Sequence record: OZ346175.1
DNA from: a phage
Direction: 5' to 3' (one strand)
Length of the DNA: 64,000 nucleotides
A program made the translations under genes and the position numbers. The notes under the pieces are model-generated. The model searched no databases and was not told where the DNA came from. It saw only the letters and a program-made list of their open reading frames with translations. Below, piece after piece: positions 11,020 to 28,707 of the stretch. Position 1 is the first letter of the stretch; every line of letters starts with the position of its first letter.

Positions 11020-11258
11020 ATGGGTAACACTCTACAGACACCACTAACTGATGCTGCTGTAGAGGCAACCTATGAAGAAGCAGACGAGATGAAATTTGTG
11101 CTTGCTATTTATGGTATGGAAGGGTGTAAAGAAACACTTGACCAACTCTTTGCTATGACATTCTCTGATTTATTATCATTGAGACAATTTCTTGAGATTC
11201 AGAGGTCGTATAAAGAGGAAATTGCTTACAACGAACTTAGAAGAGCAGGAAAAATGTA

Positions 11259-11259
<1 letters not shown>
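11020..11259 (+). CDS. tail assembly chaperone (putative)
   Basis: 79 aa ORF between chaperone candidate and tape measure. Confidence 0.4.
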
Positions 11260-19275
<8,016 letters not shown>

Positions 19276-19277
19276 TA

Positions 19278-20426
19278 ATGGCAGTAGGTGAAATTCAAAT
19301 TAGTGCCTTGCCTCAAGCAGCCTTACCAATTGACCTTAGTGATATCTTCCATCTTAAACAGGGTATCGAGGATAAGAGATGCACTCTTGAGCAATTACTT
19401 GCTCCACACTCAAGCCTAAGAAATAACCCTCATGGTGTTACTAAGACACAAATTGGTTTAGATAACGTTATTAATGCTCTCCAGTTAGTTGCTGAAAATA
19501 ACTTATCAGACATTGTTAATGTAGCTGAGGCAAGAGCAAATCTACAGATTATGTCTTCAGAAGAGGTTAATAATCTTATTCAACAACATATTGATGATAA
19601 GAGCAACCCACACAATACCACTAAGGCACAGGTTGGGTTAAGTAATGTTCAGAACTGGGTGACATCTAACCTTTATAACGAGGATGCAGATAAGTATGCT
19701 ACAGCAAGAGCAGTAAATAACTTGTACAAGGCTGTTCAGGCTTCTTATCCAGTAGGTACTATCCATCTCTCTATGAATCCTGCAAACCCTTCTACATATT
19801 TAATTTGTGGAGGTACTTGGGAGTTAGTTTCAAAAGGAAGAGCACTTGTAGGTTATGATAGTGCTTCTAGGCCAGTTGGTTCAACGTTTGGTTCGCAGAC
19901 TACTGCACTGACAGTTAACAACATTCCTGCACATACTCACTCAGTATACGTCACTGGTGGTGGTCACACACACGGTGCAACGGCCTCTATCAGTGCTTTT
20001 GACTACGGTACTAAAGGGACTACAACGTTTGACTATGGAACAAAGACTGTATCTACTTATGACTATGGTAACAGAACAACCAGTGCTGCTGGTTTAACAC
20101 AAACAACATTCATTAATCGTGGTTATGCTGATGGTGGTTGGAGAGGTTTATCAGTTGAGGGGGCAAGCTATGACCCAAGAGCTACGCTGACAACAGCTAA
20201 CAACCACACTCACTCTGTAGCAATTGGCGCGCATAATCACACAGTTGGGATTGGTGCTCACAACCATTCTGTTGCAATTGGTTCCCACAACCACTCAGCA
20301 ACAGTAACAGTAACCGGAGCAGGTGAGCATTCGCACTCTGGCACAACTGGCACAACTGGTTCTGGTCAAGCATTTAGCGTTGAACAGCCATCCTTCGTAT
20401 TGTATGTATGGCAGAGAACAGCTTAA
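19278..20426 (+). CDS. tail fiber / receptor-binding protein with His-x-His metal-binding repeats
   Basis: Collar-like segment (VGTIHLSMNPANPSTYLICGGTWELV) then six HxH motifs (HTHS, HTHG, HNHT, HNHS, HNHS, HSHS) and C-terminal ...GSGQAFSVEQPSFVLYVWQRTA. Confidence 0.8.
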   Translation: MAVGEIQISALPQAALPIDLSDIFHLKQGIEDKRCTLEQLLAPHSSLRNNPHGVTKTQIGLDNVINALQLVAENNLSDIVNVAEARANLQIMSSEEVNNLIQQHIDDKSNPHNTTKAQVGLSNVQNWVTSNLYNEDADKYATARAVNNLYKAVQASYPVGTIHLSMNPANPSTYLICGGTWELVSKGRALVGYDSASRPVGSTFGSQTTALTVNNIPAHTHSVYVTGGGHTHGATASISAFDYGTKGTTTFDYGTKTVSTYDYGNRTTSAAGLTQTTFINRGYADGGWRGLSVEGASYDPRATLTTANNHTHSVAIGAHNHTVGIGAHNHSVAIGSHNHSATVTVTGAGEHSHSGTTGTTGSGQAFSVEQPSFVLYVWQRTA

Positions 20427-20436
20427 TTTCTTTACA

Positions 20437-20456
20437 GGGGCTGTATAGCCCCTTTT
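20437..20456 (+). terminator. rho-independent terminator (weak, intercistronic)
   Basis: GGGGCT-GTAT-AGCCCC hairpin followed by TTTT. Confidence 0.5.
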
Positions 20457-20472
20457 AAGAGGAAAATTTATA

Positions 20473-22818
20473 ATGGCAGATTACAAGTTGAGTGAATTAA
20501 ATTCAATTGATACAATTTGTTCAGACGACCTCCTTCATATCAGGGTTAAAAAGAGACCTGAAATGCTGGGTGATGAAGACCGTCGAATGACCTATCAAGA
20601 TTTCTTAGCATCTTTTAAACTTGAAAGATTTGTTCAGATTGCTGGCAGCACTATGACTGGTGACTTAGGGATTGTTAAGTTACTTTATGGTGGTAAGGCA
20701 GTCTTTGACCCAACAGGCTCTTCTGAGATTACTATTGGGGATGTTTTAAAGACTTTTAAAATTAACGCAAATGGTCTTAAACTAACTATTGCAGATGCTT
20801 CAAGGTCGGCAACTGTTTATCATACTCTGAATAAGCCAAGCCCTAATGAGCTTGGGATGAGAACTAATGAAGAGAATGATGCAAGATATGCAAGGTTGGC
20901 TGTTACAAACACATTTAACTCTAAACAGACCATTGTAGCAAATGGGGAACAGTTAACACTAAGGTCTCCTGTGAGTGGGGATAGTGCATACTCTGCTATT
21001 GTAGGTAGGGATGCAAGTAATGAAAAAACTTGGGCTATTGGGAACCTGATTAGGGGTAGTCTTGATGTTCAAATCGAGAGTAAATTAGGTTCCATCCTCA
21101 CTCTAGGCACGGCTGCTTCTTTTAATAGGTCTTTATCAATCAATGGTCAAGTGCAACCCTCTGACTTCTCTAACTTAGATGCTAGATATTTTACTCAGAC
21201 AGCAGCTAATCGGAGATTTGCACAGTTAACTGGTAATAATACCTTTAGTGGTGCAAATGTGTTTAATGGCTTTAACACAATTAAACGTAATGGTGAAGTG
21301 TTAAGGTTGCAAAATTCATCAGTTAGCCAGCCATTGTACATCAAGGCTATTGACTCTTCTGGTGCTAACAGGTGGTATGTTGGATGCGCCAACGGCGGTG
21401 ATGATGTATCACTAGAGAATTACAAAACTGGTGGTAAACTCACTATTGGTTCAAATGCCGCTATCAATACAACACTAAAAATCACTGGTCAAGTTCAACC
21501 TACAGATTGGACTAACATTGACTCTAGATACATTCCAGCAGCAACATTAAGTACAATTGCAAGAACTAATGCAAGTAACACGTTCACTGCAAAGCAGGTT
21601 ATTAAAACTGATGGTGAAGCTCTTATGTTACAAGGAAAGACAACCGCAGCACTTTACATTAGAGGTAAGGACTATGATGGAACGAATAGGTGGTATGTTG
21701 GTAATAACAGTGAGAGTGACACTCTTAATGTATATAACTATAAAACTGGTAAAACCCTAAGCATTGGTTCCCAAGTAGAAATTAATGCAACACTAAAAAT
21801 CACTGGTCAAGTACAACCTAGCAACTGGTCTAACTTAGATGCTAGATACTTCACTCAGGCAGCAGCTAATCGGAGATTTATGTATGCAGGTTCTACAGGA
21901 GAAGCTACAGAGCAGAATGCAGATGGTGTGGCATGGAACGCTAAAACAGGCTTATATAATGTAACCTCAACAAATGCTGGTTACACAGCACTTGTGTTTC
22001 AAATGTATCAGGGGGTGACCTCTTCTACTGCCTGTGCGCAATTAAAGTTCCAGTATAAAAACGGTGGAATGTGGTACAGAACATCTGTAGATAGTAAAGG
22101 TTTTGAAGCTAAGTGGTCTAAGGTTTACACAGAGGCTCAGAAACCAACCCCTTCAGAGCTTGGTGCATACACTAAAGCAGAAACTAACCAGAAGATTGCA
22201 CAGGCAGTAAGTGACTCTACAGACCTTAACAAAATCTATCCAGTAGGCATTGTAACGTGGTTTAACAGTAATGTTAACCCTAATACAGTACTGCCTGGTC
22301 TAACTTGGACGTACCTCAACAATGGTGTTGGTAGAACTATCAGAATTGCAGCAGCAAATGGTTCAGATGTTGCTACAACTGGTGGTTCAGACTCTGTGAC
22401 GTTAGCTGTTGGTAACTTACCTTCGCACACGCACAGTTTTTCTGCGACTACCTCATCGTTTAACTACGGAACAAAAAACACTAACACGACTGGTGCTCAC
22501 GCTCACTCTGTAAGTGGCTCTACTTCATCTGCTGGTAACCACAACCATTCCATTTCGTGGATTGGTCAGAACTCTACACACTACTCTGGTGGTGGTGGTG
22601 GTAGAATTGGTGTGGGGCCGGGGTACACTGATGCAGGTGGTGCTCACACCCACACAATCTCTGGTACTGCTGCTTCTGCTGGTAACCATGCTCACAGTGT
22701 AGGTATCGGTGCTCACACTCATACAGTTAGTGGTAACACTGGTGGTACAGGTTCTGGTTCAGCATTTAGTGTTACTAACCAGTTCTACAAGTTAATGGCT
22801 TGGGTAAGAACTGCTTAA
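20473..22818 (+). CDS. long tail fiber protein with internal tandem repeats and His-x-His C-terminal domain
   Basis: 781 aa; three ~110 aa repeats; collar-like segment; six HxH motifs; C-terminus ...[22 protein letters not shown] paralogous to upstream fiber. Confidence 0.8.
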   Translation: MADYKLSELNSIDTICSDDLLHIRVKKRPEMLGDEDRRMTYQDFLASFKLERFVQIAGSTMTGDLGIVKLLYGGKAVFDPTGSSEITIGDVLKTFKINANGLKLTIADASRSATVYHTLNKPSPNELGMRTNEENDARYARLAVTNTFNSKQTIVANGEQLTLRSPVSGDSAYSAIVGRDASNEKTWAIGNLIRGSLDVQIESKLGSILTLGTAASFNRSLSINGQVQPSDFSNLDARYFTQTAANRRFAQLTGNNTFSGANVFNGFNTIKRNGEVLRLQNSSVSQPLYIKAIDSSGANRWYVGCANGGDDVSLENYKTGGKLTIGSNAAINTTLKITGQVQPTDWTNIDSRYIPAATLSTIARTNASNTFTAKQVIKTDGEALMLQGKTTAALYIRGKDYDGTNRWYVGNNSESDTLNVYNYKTGKTLSIGSQVEINATLKITGQVQPSNWSNLDARYFTQAAANRRFMYAGSTGEATEQNADGVAWNAKTGLYNVTSTNAGYTALVFQMYQGVTSSTACAQLKFQYKNGGMWYRTSVDSKGFEAKWSKVYTEAQKPTPSELGAYTKAETNQKIAQAVSDSTDLNKIYPVGIVTWFNSNVNPNTVLPGLTWTYLNNGVGRTIRIAAANGSDVATTGGSDSVTLAVGNLPSHTHSFSATTSSFNYGTKNTNTTGAHAHSVSGSTSSAGNHNHSISWIGQNSTHYSGGGGGRIGVGPGYTDAGGAHTHTISGTAASAGNHAHSVGIGAHTHTVSGNTGGTGSGSAFSVTNQFYKLMAWVRTA
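20908..21900 (+). repeat. intragenic tandem repeats (3 units of ~330 bp) within tail fiber gene
   Basis: Near-identical 49-mer TAACTTAGATGCTAGATA(T/C)TT(T/C)ACTCAG(A/G)CAGCAGCTAATCGGAGATTT at 21171-21219 and 21831-21879; AAAAATCACTGGTCAAGT(T/A)CAACCT at 21476 and 21795. Confidence 0.7.
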
Positions 22819-22825
22819 TCCCTTG

Positions 22826-22854
22826 TTGACTGATTGTTAAGATGGTGTTAATAT
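22826..22854 (+). promoter_or_regulatory. sigma70-like promoter TTGACT-N17-TAATAT
   Basis: -35 TTGACT 22826-22831, 17-nt spacer, -10 TAATAT 22849-22854; upstream of 22898 ORF. Confidence 0.5.
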
Positions 22855-22897
22855 TCTTTATGGGTATTCTCACCATCTTGGCTGATGAGGTGATTAA

Positions 22898-23092
22898 ATG
22901 CCTACAATCCTAGCAATTCTTCTAAAAAATCTAGGTAGCTTCTTCTGGAAACTCATTTTATCCCTTCTAAGTGAATACATGATTGAGAAAGTGTTCTTTA
23001 AGCTTGCAAGATACCTTGCGAGTAAAACAGACACACCTATTGATGATGAGTTCGTAGATAACTTAGAAAAAGCTTTTAAGGGGGAGAAATAA
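22898..23092 (+). CDS. small membrane protein (holin-like?)
   Basis: 64 aa, hydrophobic N-terminal helix, SD GAGGTGA 7 nt upstream. Confidence 0.5.
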   Translation: MPTILAILLKNLGSFFWKLILSLLSEYMIEKVFFKLARYLASKTDTPIDDEFVDNLEKAFKGEK

Positions 23093-23464
23093 ATGAAGTG
23101 GCTAGAGGAAGCTTTTAAAAATAATATTGGTGCAATTGTAGTTGGTATTTTTAGTGTTATTGGGATGTATACCACGATGCAAGTTTCGGATGGTAAACAA
23201 GAAGTGTCTATCACAACAAAGTTACAGCAGCTAGATAATTATTCCAAAAGTAATTATTCAGCTATTCGTGATTTACAGTCTGATATGAGGCTGCTTCAGC
23301 TAGGGATGGAGAACCAGAAAGTCCAGTTAGAGAATGTTAAGGGAGAGAACGCAAAACTTACTAAGACTCTTGATAAATTCTCTGATAGTGTGAACAATCT
23401 GGCTCAATCAGTATCAGCCCTCCAAGCTATTACTGAGAAGAACACAAAGAATACTGAAAAATAA
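23093..23464 (+). CDS. membrane-anchored coiled-coil protein
   Basis: 123 aa, N-terminal TM segment IGAIVVGIFSVIGMY then heptad-rich helical domain; SD AAGGGGGAG. Confidence 0.5.
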   Translation: MKWLEEAFKNNIGAIVVGIFSVIGMYTTMQVSDGKQEVSITTKLQQLDNYSKSNYSAIRDLQSDMRLLQLGMENQKVQLENVKGENAKLTKTLDKFSDSVNNLAQSVSALQAITEKNTKNTEK

Positions 23465-23471
23465 AATTTTA

Positions 23472-23498
23472 AGGCTCCTTTTTACGGGAGCCTTTTTT
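23472..23498. terminator. bidirectional rho-independent terminator at convergent junction
   Basis: AGGCTCC-loop-GGGAGCCT hairpin with TTTTTT on + strand and A/T run on - side, between convergent gene blocks. Confidence 0.65.
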
Positions 23499-23502
23499 GT
23501 TT

Positions 23503-24402
23503 TTACTTACCTACTGATAAAGGTGCTTCAATCTTCCCTGCATGTTGGTAGTTGTTAATGCCACCAATAAAATCACTTGCAGTAAGGTGTTTTAGGTCAC
23601 TTAAAGTATTAAGTTGTAGACCAATCTCAAAAGTTGGTGCATGGAACTCTTCATTGTTCATCAGTTCATAAACCTGCTTCATATGATTCTGATAAATCTG
23701 AGTATCTCCAAAGACACCTATCAAGTACCGTGGAGTGTATCCAGTCATCTTACAAAGAACTTCCAGAATAAAACCATAAGATGCAATATTAAACGGAAGT
23801 CCTAAAAAGGTGTCTACTGAACGCTGATACCACTGTAAGTCAACTTCACCCTCGTTAGTAATATAAATCTGAAACAGAACATGGCAAGGTGCTAGAGCCA
23901 TTGAGTTTGCTGCAATATCTGCTGCATTCCAAGCATTCACAAGCATGTAACGGTCTGTGATATCACCCTTCATCTTCGTTACTAAGGTCTCTAGCTGGTC
24001 TACAACACAACCGTTATGACCTTCAAAGTTTCTCCACTGAACTCCGTAGATTCTTCCACCTGCATCTTCTAACCAATCTTGTTCAGAGGAATAGTTAGAG
24101 CTTAACCAACGTTTAAAATCATCTGACCAGATAGTCCAGCGTTCCCCATCATTTTCACCCCAAGTACGGTAACGGAGTTCGCCAAGTTTATTCTCACCAT
24201 TCAGGAACCATAAAGCTTCCCCAATAACTTGCCGCGTAAACACCTGTTTAGAGGTTAAGAGTGGGAAACCAGTTCTCATATCAAAACGAAACTGTGGTGG
24301 AGCAAATGCAGAGATAACATCCCCAGTTCGTGTAGTACGCAGTTCACCAACAGATAGAACATGGTTCAGGATATTTTTGTAACTCAAATCAGCTTGTGAC
24401 AT
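23503..24402 (-). CDS. thyA: thymidylate synthase
   Basis: ThyA signatures: FPLLTSK, GVQWR, APCH active-site Cys, YQRSVDTFLGLPFNIASY, GDTQIYQNH. Confidence 0.9.
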   Translation of the reverse strand: MSQADLSYKNILNHVLSVGELRTTRTGDVISAFAPPQFRFDMRTGFPLLTSKQVFTRQVIGEALWFLNGENKLGELRYRTWGENDGERWTIWSDDFKRWLSSNYSSEQDWLEDAGGRIYGVQWRNFEGHNGCVVDQLETLVTKMKGDITDRYMLVNAWNAADIAANSMALAPCHVLFQIYITNEGEVDLQWYQRSVDTFLGLPFNIASYGFILEVLCKMTGYTPRYLIGVFGDTQIYQNHMKQVYELMNNEEFHAPTFEIGLQLNTLSDLKHLTASDFIGGINNYQHAGKIEAPLSVGK

Positions 24403-24403
24403 A

Positions 24404-24949
24404 TCAAAAGTGTCCTTTTACTTGTGGAACATAAATCTCAAAGGTTGCTTTACCATCATCTGAGGGTCTTGACTGCACCTTTGCAAATACACGGTTATCA
24501 TACAGTTTATCGAAGAAGTTTTCAAAAGGTAAATACACAGTGGCCTCTTCAGTGACTTTATGGAAAACTGTATGGAAAACTACACCAGCATACGGTAAAG
24601 CATTGACAAGGACACCTGCACCACCAATTACAAAGACATCTTCATCAATAGAGCTATCAAGATACTTCAAAAATGCTCCAAATGACTCTTTACTGGCTTT
24701 AGCATACATTACATCATCTTTGCCAAAGTCTATGCCTAAGTATGGTACAGAATTTGTTAAGATGAGGTTTGCACGTTCTGGTAAAGGTTTACTACCCAGA
24801 GTCTTAAAAGTCTCATTACCCATGACTACTAAGTTATTTTTAGTGAGTCTCTTAAACTCTTGCATGTCCTGTTTATGTCGAGGCCACGGCATACCAGTTG
24901 GAGTACCAAATTCACCGTTTTCACCACTTGCAAATATTAGCTTAATCAT
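24404..24949 (-). CDS. folA: dihydrofolate reductase
   Basis: DHFR motifs GMPWPRH, VVMGNETFKTL, LPERANLILT; adjacent to thyA. Confidence 0.85.
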   Translation of the reverse strand: MIKLIFASGENGEFGTPTGMPWPRHKQDMQEFKRLTKNNLVVMGNETFKTLGSKPLPERANLILTNSVPYLGIDFGKDDVMYAKASKESFGAFLKYLDSSIDEDVFVIGGAGVLVNALPYAGVVFHTVFHKVTEEATVYLPFENFFDKLYDNRVFAKVQSRPSDDGKATFEIYVPQVKGHF

Positions 24950-25206
24950 TTTGTAAACCCTCTCTTAATGAACCAGTTGATGACACTCTTCACAACTTTA
25001 CTACGATGGTAGATAAAATGTGGAGAGTGTTGGTATGAACCATAAGCCCAGAAAGCGATAATTTCATTACACCCTGTGCATCGGGTACTTTCTTCAGCAA
25101 TATGACCGTTGACTATTTCACTTACTTCACCTTGTAAGTCTGTACACCCACAATGTGGACATCGGATAGGTGTTCCATCAGACTCATAGCAGTGTTCAAT
25201 TTTCAT
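24946..25206 (-). CDS. small zinc-ribbon protein
   Basis: 86 aa with CPHCGC...CTGC cysteine pairs. Confidence 0.5.
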   Translation of the reverse strand: MKIEHCYESDGTPIRCPHCGCTDLQGEVSEIVNGHIAEESTRCTGCNEIIAFWAYGSYQHSPHFIYHRSKVVKSVINWFIKRGFTK

Positions 25207-25659
25207 CTATTTAACCTCAAAAACTGGTTCAAGAACCAATATAAAGTCTACACAGTAATCTTCTTCATCCAGAATACCATCAAAGTTCTTAGGAACGAAG
25301 TCGAAGAGGCTCATAACAAAACAGTCAGAAGTGACCTTGATAGTTCCTCCCATGTTTTCTACAGTTAATATTGTACGGCTTTCTGTTACCTCCCTCAGAA
25401 GATTACCCACAAAGTCATCTAAGAAGTACTTCATTAGCGACTTGAAACCTTTAGGGTAATCTGTACCAGAGTATGTTTCAATCTGTGGTACAAGTTTAAC
25501 ATTTATACTAGTCTTTGTTAAGAACGTTTTAGAGAACATACTATCAGGTAGCTTACAAACAGTCTTTCCAGTACCTTCATGCTCAATCTCAACAAAACCA
25601 GCTTCATCGCCACATGTAACTATTTTAAAAGATGCTTCATTCTCATACTGTGAAGCCAT
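25207..25659 (-). CDS. hypothetical protein
   Basis: 150 aa ORF in leftward early block. Confidence 0.5.
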   Translation of the reverse strand: MASQYENEASFKIVTCGDEAGFVEIEHEGTGKTVCKLPDSMFSKTFLTKTSINVKLVPQIETYSGTDYPKGFKSLMKYFLDDFVGNLLREVTESRTILTVENMGGTIKVTSDCFVMSLFDFVPKNFDGILDEEDYCVDFILVLEPVFEVK

Positions 25660-25721
25660 AAACTTTTAAGCATTTCTTTAAGGAAGTCTGCATGAGCATC
25701 TTGTAAGAAGATATCAATCAT
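25620..25721 (-). CDS. possible small ORF (33 aa)
   Basis: ATG preceded by AGGTGA SD at 6 nt spacing; overlaps downstream gene start; below ORF-track size cutoff. Confidence 0.25.
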   Translation of the reverse strand: MIDIFLQDAHADFLKEMLKSLWLHSMRMKHLLK

Positions 25722-25734
25722 AGTTAATCACCTA

Positions 25735-26094
25735 TTATGGGAACAAACACTTAATGTCATCGTTTTTGAAAACAAAACTTGTGTAATTATGACCATCAAC
25801 ATCCAGCCAAACAGCCTGAACATCTACACCATCAAGATTTTGGTAAAGCTCTTTGATGAAGTGGTCTTTCACAATCTGACTGCTAGTTGTTTCCAGCTTA
25901 ATGTTCGAGATTGCTGAACCTACAGCCATATAGCCCATGACACGTTTCTTCTCAGTATGCTTAATCTTACCATCTTTGTAAGCCATAATGAGATTGGAAA
26001 GAATCTTTACACCATAATACTTTTCAAGGTGAGTAGGTACACCATAAAAGCCTAATGCGAAGTTTTCAGAGTGGATAATGTTTTCACGTTTCAT
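25735..26094 (-). CDS. hypothetical protein
   Basis: 119 aa ORF, tightly packed. Confidence 0.5.
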   Translation of the reverse strand: MKRENIIHSENFALGFYGVPTHLEKYYGVKILSNLIMAYKDGKIKHTEKKRVMGYMAVGSAISNIKLETTSSQIVKDHFIKELYQNLDGVDVQAVWLDVDGHNYTSFVFKNDDIKCLFP

Positions 26095-26095
26095 A

Positions 26096-26395
26096 TTAGT
26101 CTGCCAACCTTAAATTGAAATTAACACCAAATTTTTCACATACTTCCAACATATACTCAAGTGAAACATTCCCAGTGAGGTGGATTATGTTGGATACACG
26201 AGCTTGAGAGATACCACAAATTTTAGCAACTTGCTCTTGAGAAAGACCTCTGGATTTAATCTCTCTCTTAAAACGATGTGCAACGAAGTCTCTCATTTCG
26301 TCTACATCCATTGGACAAATATAACTCTCCATTTCAGCCTCTCTATCAGCCTCCCAATCATCTTGTGGGGCATAAGGGTCAAAAACCTCATTCAT
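26096..26395 (-). CDS. XRE-family helix-turn-helix DNA-binding protein
   Basis: HTH segment LSQEQVAKICGISQARVSNI; start set at internal ATG 26395 (track start 26425 is TTG). Confidence 0.6.
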   Translation of the reverse strand: MNEVFDPYAPQDDWEADREAEMESYICPMDVDEMRDFVAHRFKREIKSRGLSQEQVAKICGISQARVSNIIHLTGNVSLEYMLEVCEKFGVNFNLRLAD

Positions 26396-26600
26396 CTTTC
26401 TTCTTCCGTTTGCGTGAAGTGTCAATCAATGAATCTATGTTTGTAGCTCTAACCTTTTCACGTTCATCGTTAAGATAATCATCAAGAGCCTTTTCAATCT
26501 GTGAATCATCTTGACAGATGACTGTAAAGACTGTAAAGCCATCTGTATCATCAATTATCTTACCATAACCGCTTCTGGGATGTAACTTTTTAAGAGCCAT
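26388..26600 (-). CDS. hypothetical protein
   Basis: 70 aa ORF, co-directional. Confidence 0.4.
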   Translation of the reverse strand: MALKKLHPRSGYGKIIDDTDGFTVFTVICQDDSQIEKALDDYLNDEREKVRATNIDSLIDTSRKRKKKDE

Positions 26601-26985
26601 ACCAAATACCTGTGCAGCTTCTGTTTTCTAAGAAATACTCAACACCGTACATAGCTTTTTGCATCAAATCTTCTTTAAACTGGATACGATGATTTAGCAT
26701 AGCCTGTACATCAATATCTTCATGGTGCTTCTCTTTAATGTTTGCAGATTGCAGGAAATACTCTGCAAGAACACGATACTGATAGTCAGTTACTTTATCA
26801 GTCATCTCTGTCAAAGACTCTTCAGAGATTGGTTTAAGTAGCTCACCATTAGCTAGAGCAACACCTTTAACAATCTGGCAAGTGTCTTCTGGAACACCTG
26901 ATAAGTCCACATTTGGAAGTTCTGTTGCATTAACTGGTAAATTCATTGCCATAACCATTGCAGCAGCTAATAAAACCTTTTTCAT
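26590..26985 (-). CDS. secreted/periplasmic protein with signal peptide
   Basis: N-terminal MKKVLLAAAMVMAMNLPVNA signal-peptide-like sequence; SD AGGTT upstream. Confidence 0.55.
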   Translation of the reverse strand: MKKVLLAAAMVMAMNLPVNATELPNVDLSGVPEDTCQIVKGVALANGELLKPISEESLTEMTDKVTDYQYRVLAEYFLQSANIKEKHHEDIDVQAMLNHRIQFKEDLMQKAMYGVEYFLENRSCTGIWYGS

Positions 26986-27385
26986 AATAACCTCAAAGTT
27001 ATATTAAATTTTGTATTACATTGAGTATAAAAATAAGCTATAACACCTGACTTGTCAACAGATTTTATAGCTTATTTGGCAGATTTTTTATAAGGCTACT
27101 GCCATCCTTCCATACCCTACCTTACCACACCCAACCATACCTAACCAAACTACACCATACAATACCTTATTAAAAGACCCTCTTAAAGACCTTTTAAAAA
27201 GGTAAGTCTCATTTTAATGTAGATGAGACTAACTACCCATACCAAACAGCACCGCACTATGCCTTACCCCACCTCACCGAGCCTCGCCCCACATCACTTA
27301 AAAAACCCTTTTCAAAGACTCTTAAGTGATGTTGGTGAGTACCCGTTGGTTTATGCTGCTCAGTATACTCACCAAATTTTCTATG
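26986..27385. other. ~400-bp non-coding island with hairpins and CA-rich degenerate repeats
   Basis: 11-bp inverted repeat ATAAGCTATAA/TTATAGCTTAT (27033-27075); palindrome CCTTTTAAAAAGG; inverted repeat CATCACTTAA/TTAAGTGATG (27289-27334); CA-rich tracts 27103-27172 and 27230-27290. Confidence 0.5.
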
Positions 27386-27574
27386 TCAACAACTTTCTAA
27401 TAAAGTTTTATGAAGATTTTGCTTAACAACCCGCCTCACATGCCTGTGCTCTTTCTTAATAAAGAGTGACCTCTTCTTGACAGAGCGCCTATTCTTGTAA
27501 GTATTACTAGGATACTTATCATGAACCGGACAACAGCTACCCGGATTGGTAAACTTGATAATCTCTCTTTTCAC
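27386..27574 (-). CDS. small basic protein
   Basis: 62 aa, K/R-rich, start overlaps ligase stop. Confidence 0.4.
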   Translation of the reverse strand: MKREIIKFTNPGSCCPVHDKYPSNTYKNRRSVKKRSLFIKKEHRHVRRVVKQNLHKTLLESC

Positions 27575-28707
27575 TATTCATAATCCCTAATAACTAGCCC
27601 AACAGGGAACTGTAAAGACCCCTTACGAGTCATCTTCTGGAACTGAACCGTTAAAGGCTTCCCGATAAACTCTTCAGGGTGTTCAGCAAGATACTGTTTC
27701 TTCTCATGAGTAGTCTTCCATGAGACATCTACAAAGACGTTAGGAAGAGTCTCTACAACGAACTTACCATGACCACGCTTATCGGTCTTTACACCAGTCA
27801 CTTTAAACTCTTCAGTGTGCATCTTCTTGTGCTTAATCAAGAAGTATGAACGGTGACAACACTCATAGAAGGAGTCTTCAGAGATTGAACGGTACATTGC
27901 ACCTTCAAACTTAGCTTCAACCCACTTATCATGGGCTTCATCAAACTCTTCCCAAGAATTTACACGGATAGTCTGTACAGGAACAACTCTACAGGTATCC
28001 CCAAGCTCAACAATAGGTGAGTTATCAATAACTTCACGACGTTCAGGCCAAGATTTTGAATTGTCGCAGATATCATACCAGTAGAATTTAAGAAGGTGAC
28101 GGTCTGGATTGTCAGCATTCTTAATCATAGATACAATATCTTCTAAGTCCCAACCATGAGCATAAATCTCTCCATCAAAGTCTTCAACTTGCGGATGTAA
28201 TTTAAGCAACAAAAGCAAATCTGGAATTAGTTCTGCTGGAACGTTGTAAACAGTATTCTCACGAGAATAAGCTGTGAAACCGACTGAATCAGCATCTCTT
28301 GAAATTCTACAACGGACACCATCAAGCTTTGGTTGAGCATCAGCAGGGAACTTCAGATACTTTGCATGGCTAACCTTTGCAGCATCATGAGCAAGCTGTA
28401 CACCTACTTTCTCAGTATTCTTTGCAGACTCTTTTGTGTAAGCGTAGCCTTTACGGTCAACTTGCTTTTTATACTTAGCAGCAACTTCAAAGAGAGCTTG
28501 CTGTTCAGCGTTACGCTCATTCTTTTTACCGATGTTTTTCGGTTCTGCTGTGTACTCTTCAAACATCATCTTGCCATTTTCTTTACCATAGGTTGTAATA
28601 ACTTTGTCACCTACAGCAACGCATGACCAGACGTTGAAAGAGCCATCTTTATTTTGTTTGTATAGGATTGTCATTTTTATTCCTCTGAGTGATACCAAGT
28701 ATTGCAA
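27574..28707 (-). CDS. ATP-dependent DNA ligase
   Basis: Adenylation motif I KLDGVRC (KxDGxR); 377 aa. Confidence 0.85.
   Translation of the reverse strand: MQYLVSLRGIKMTILYKQNKDGSFNVWSCVAVGDKVITTYGKENGKMMFEEYTAEPKNIGKKNERNAEQQALFEVAAKYKKQVDRKGYAYTKESAKNTEKVGVQLAHDAAKVSHAKYLKFPADAQPKLDGVRCRISRDADSVGFTAYSRENTVYNVPAELIPDLLLLLKLHPQVEDFDGEIYAHGWDLEDIVSMIKNADNPDRHLLKFYWYDICDNSKSWPERREVIDNSPIVELGDTCRVVPVQTIRVNSWEEFDEAHDKWVEAKFEGAMYRSISEDSFYECCHRSYFLIKHKKMHTEEFKVTGVKTDKRGHGKFVVETLPNVFVDVSWKTTHEKKQYLAEHPEEFIGKPLTVQFQKMTRKGSLQFPVGLVIRDYE

Noticed and set aside
24540-24956. 138-aa + strand ORF
   Set aside because: Fully antisense to the DHFR gene, which has clear motifs; chance ORF.
27223-27426. 67-aa + strand ORF in the non-coding island
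   Set aside because: Antisense to the local leftward transcription unit, low-complexity Pro/His-rich translation of the CA-rich tract, overlaps a - strand gene.
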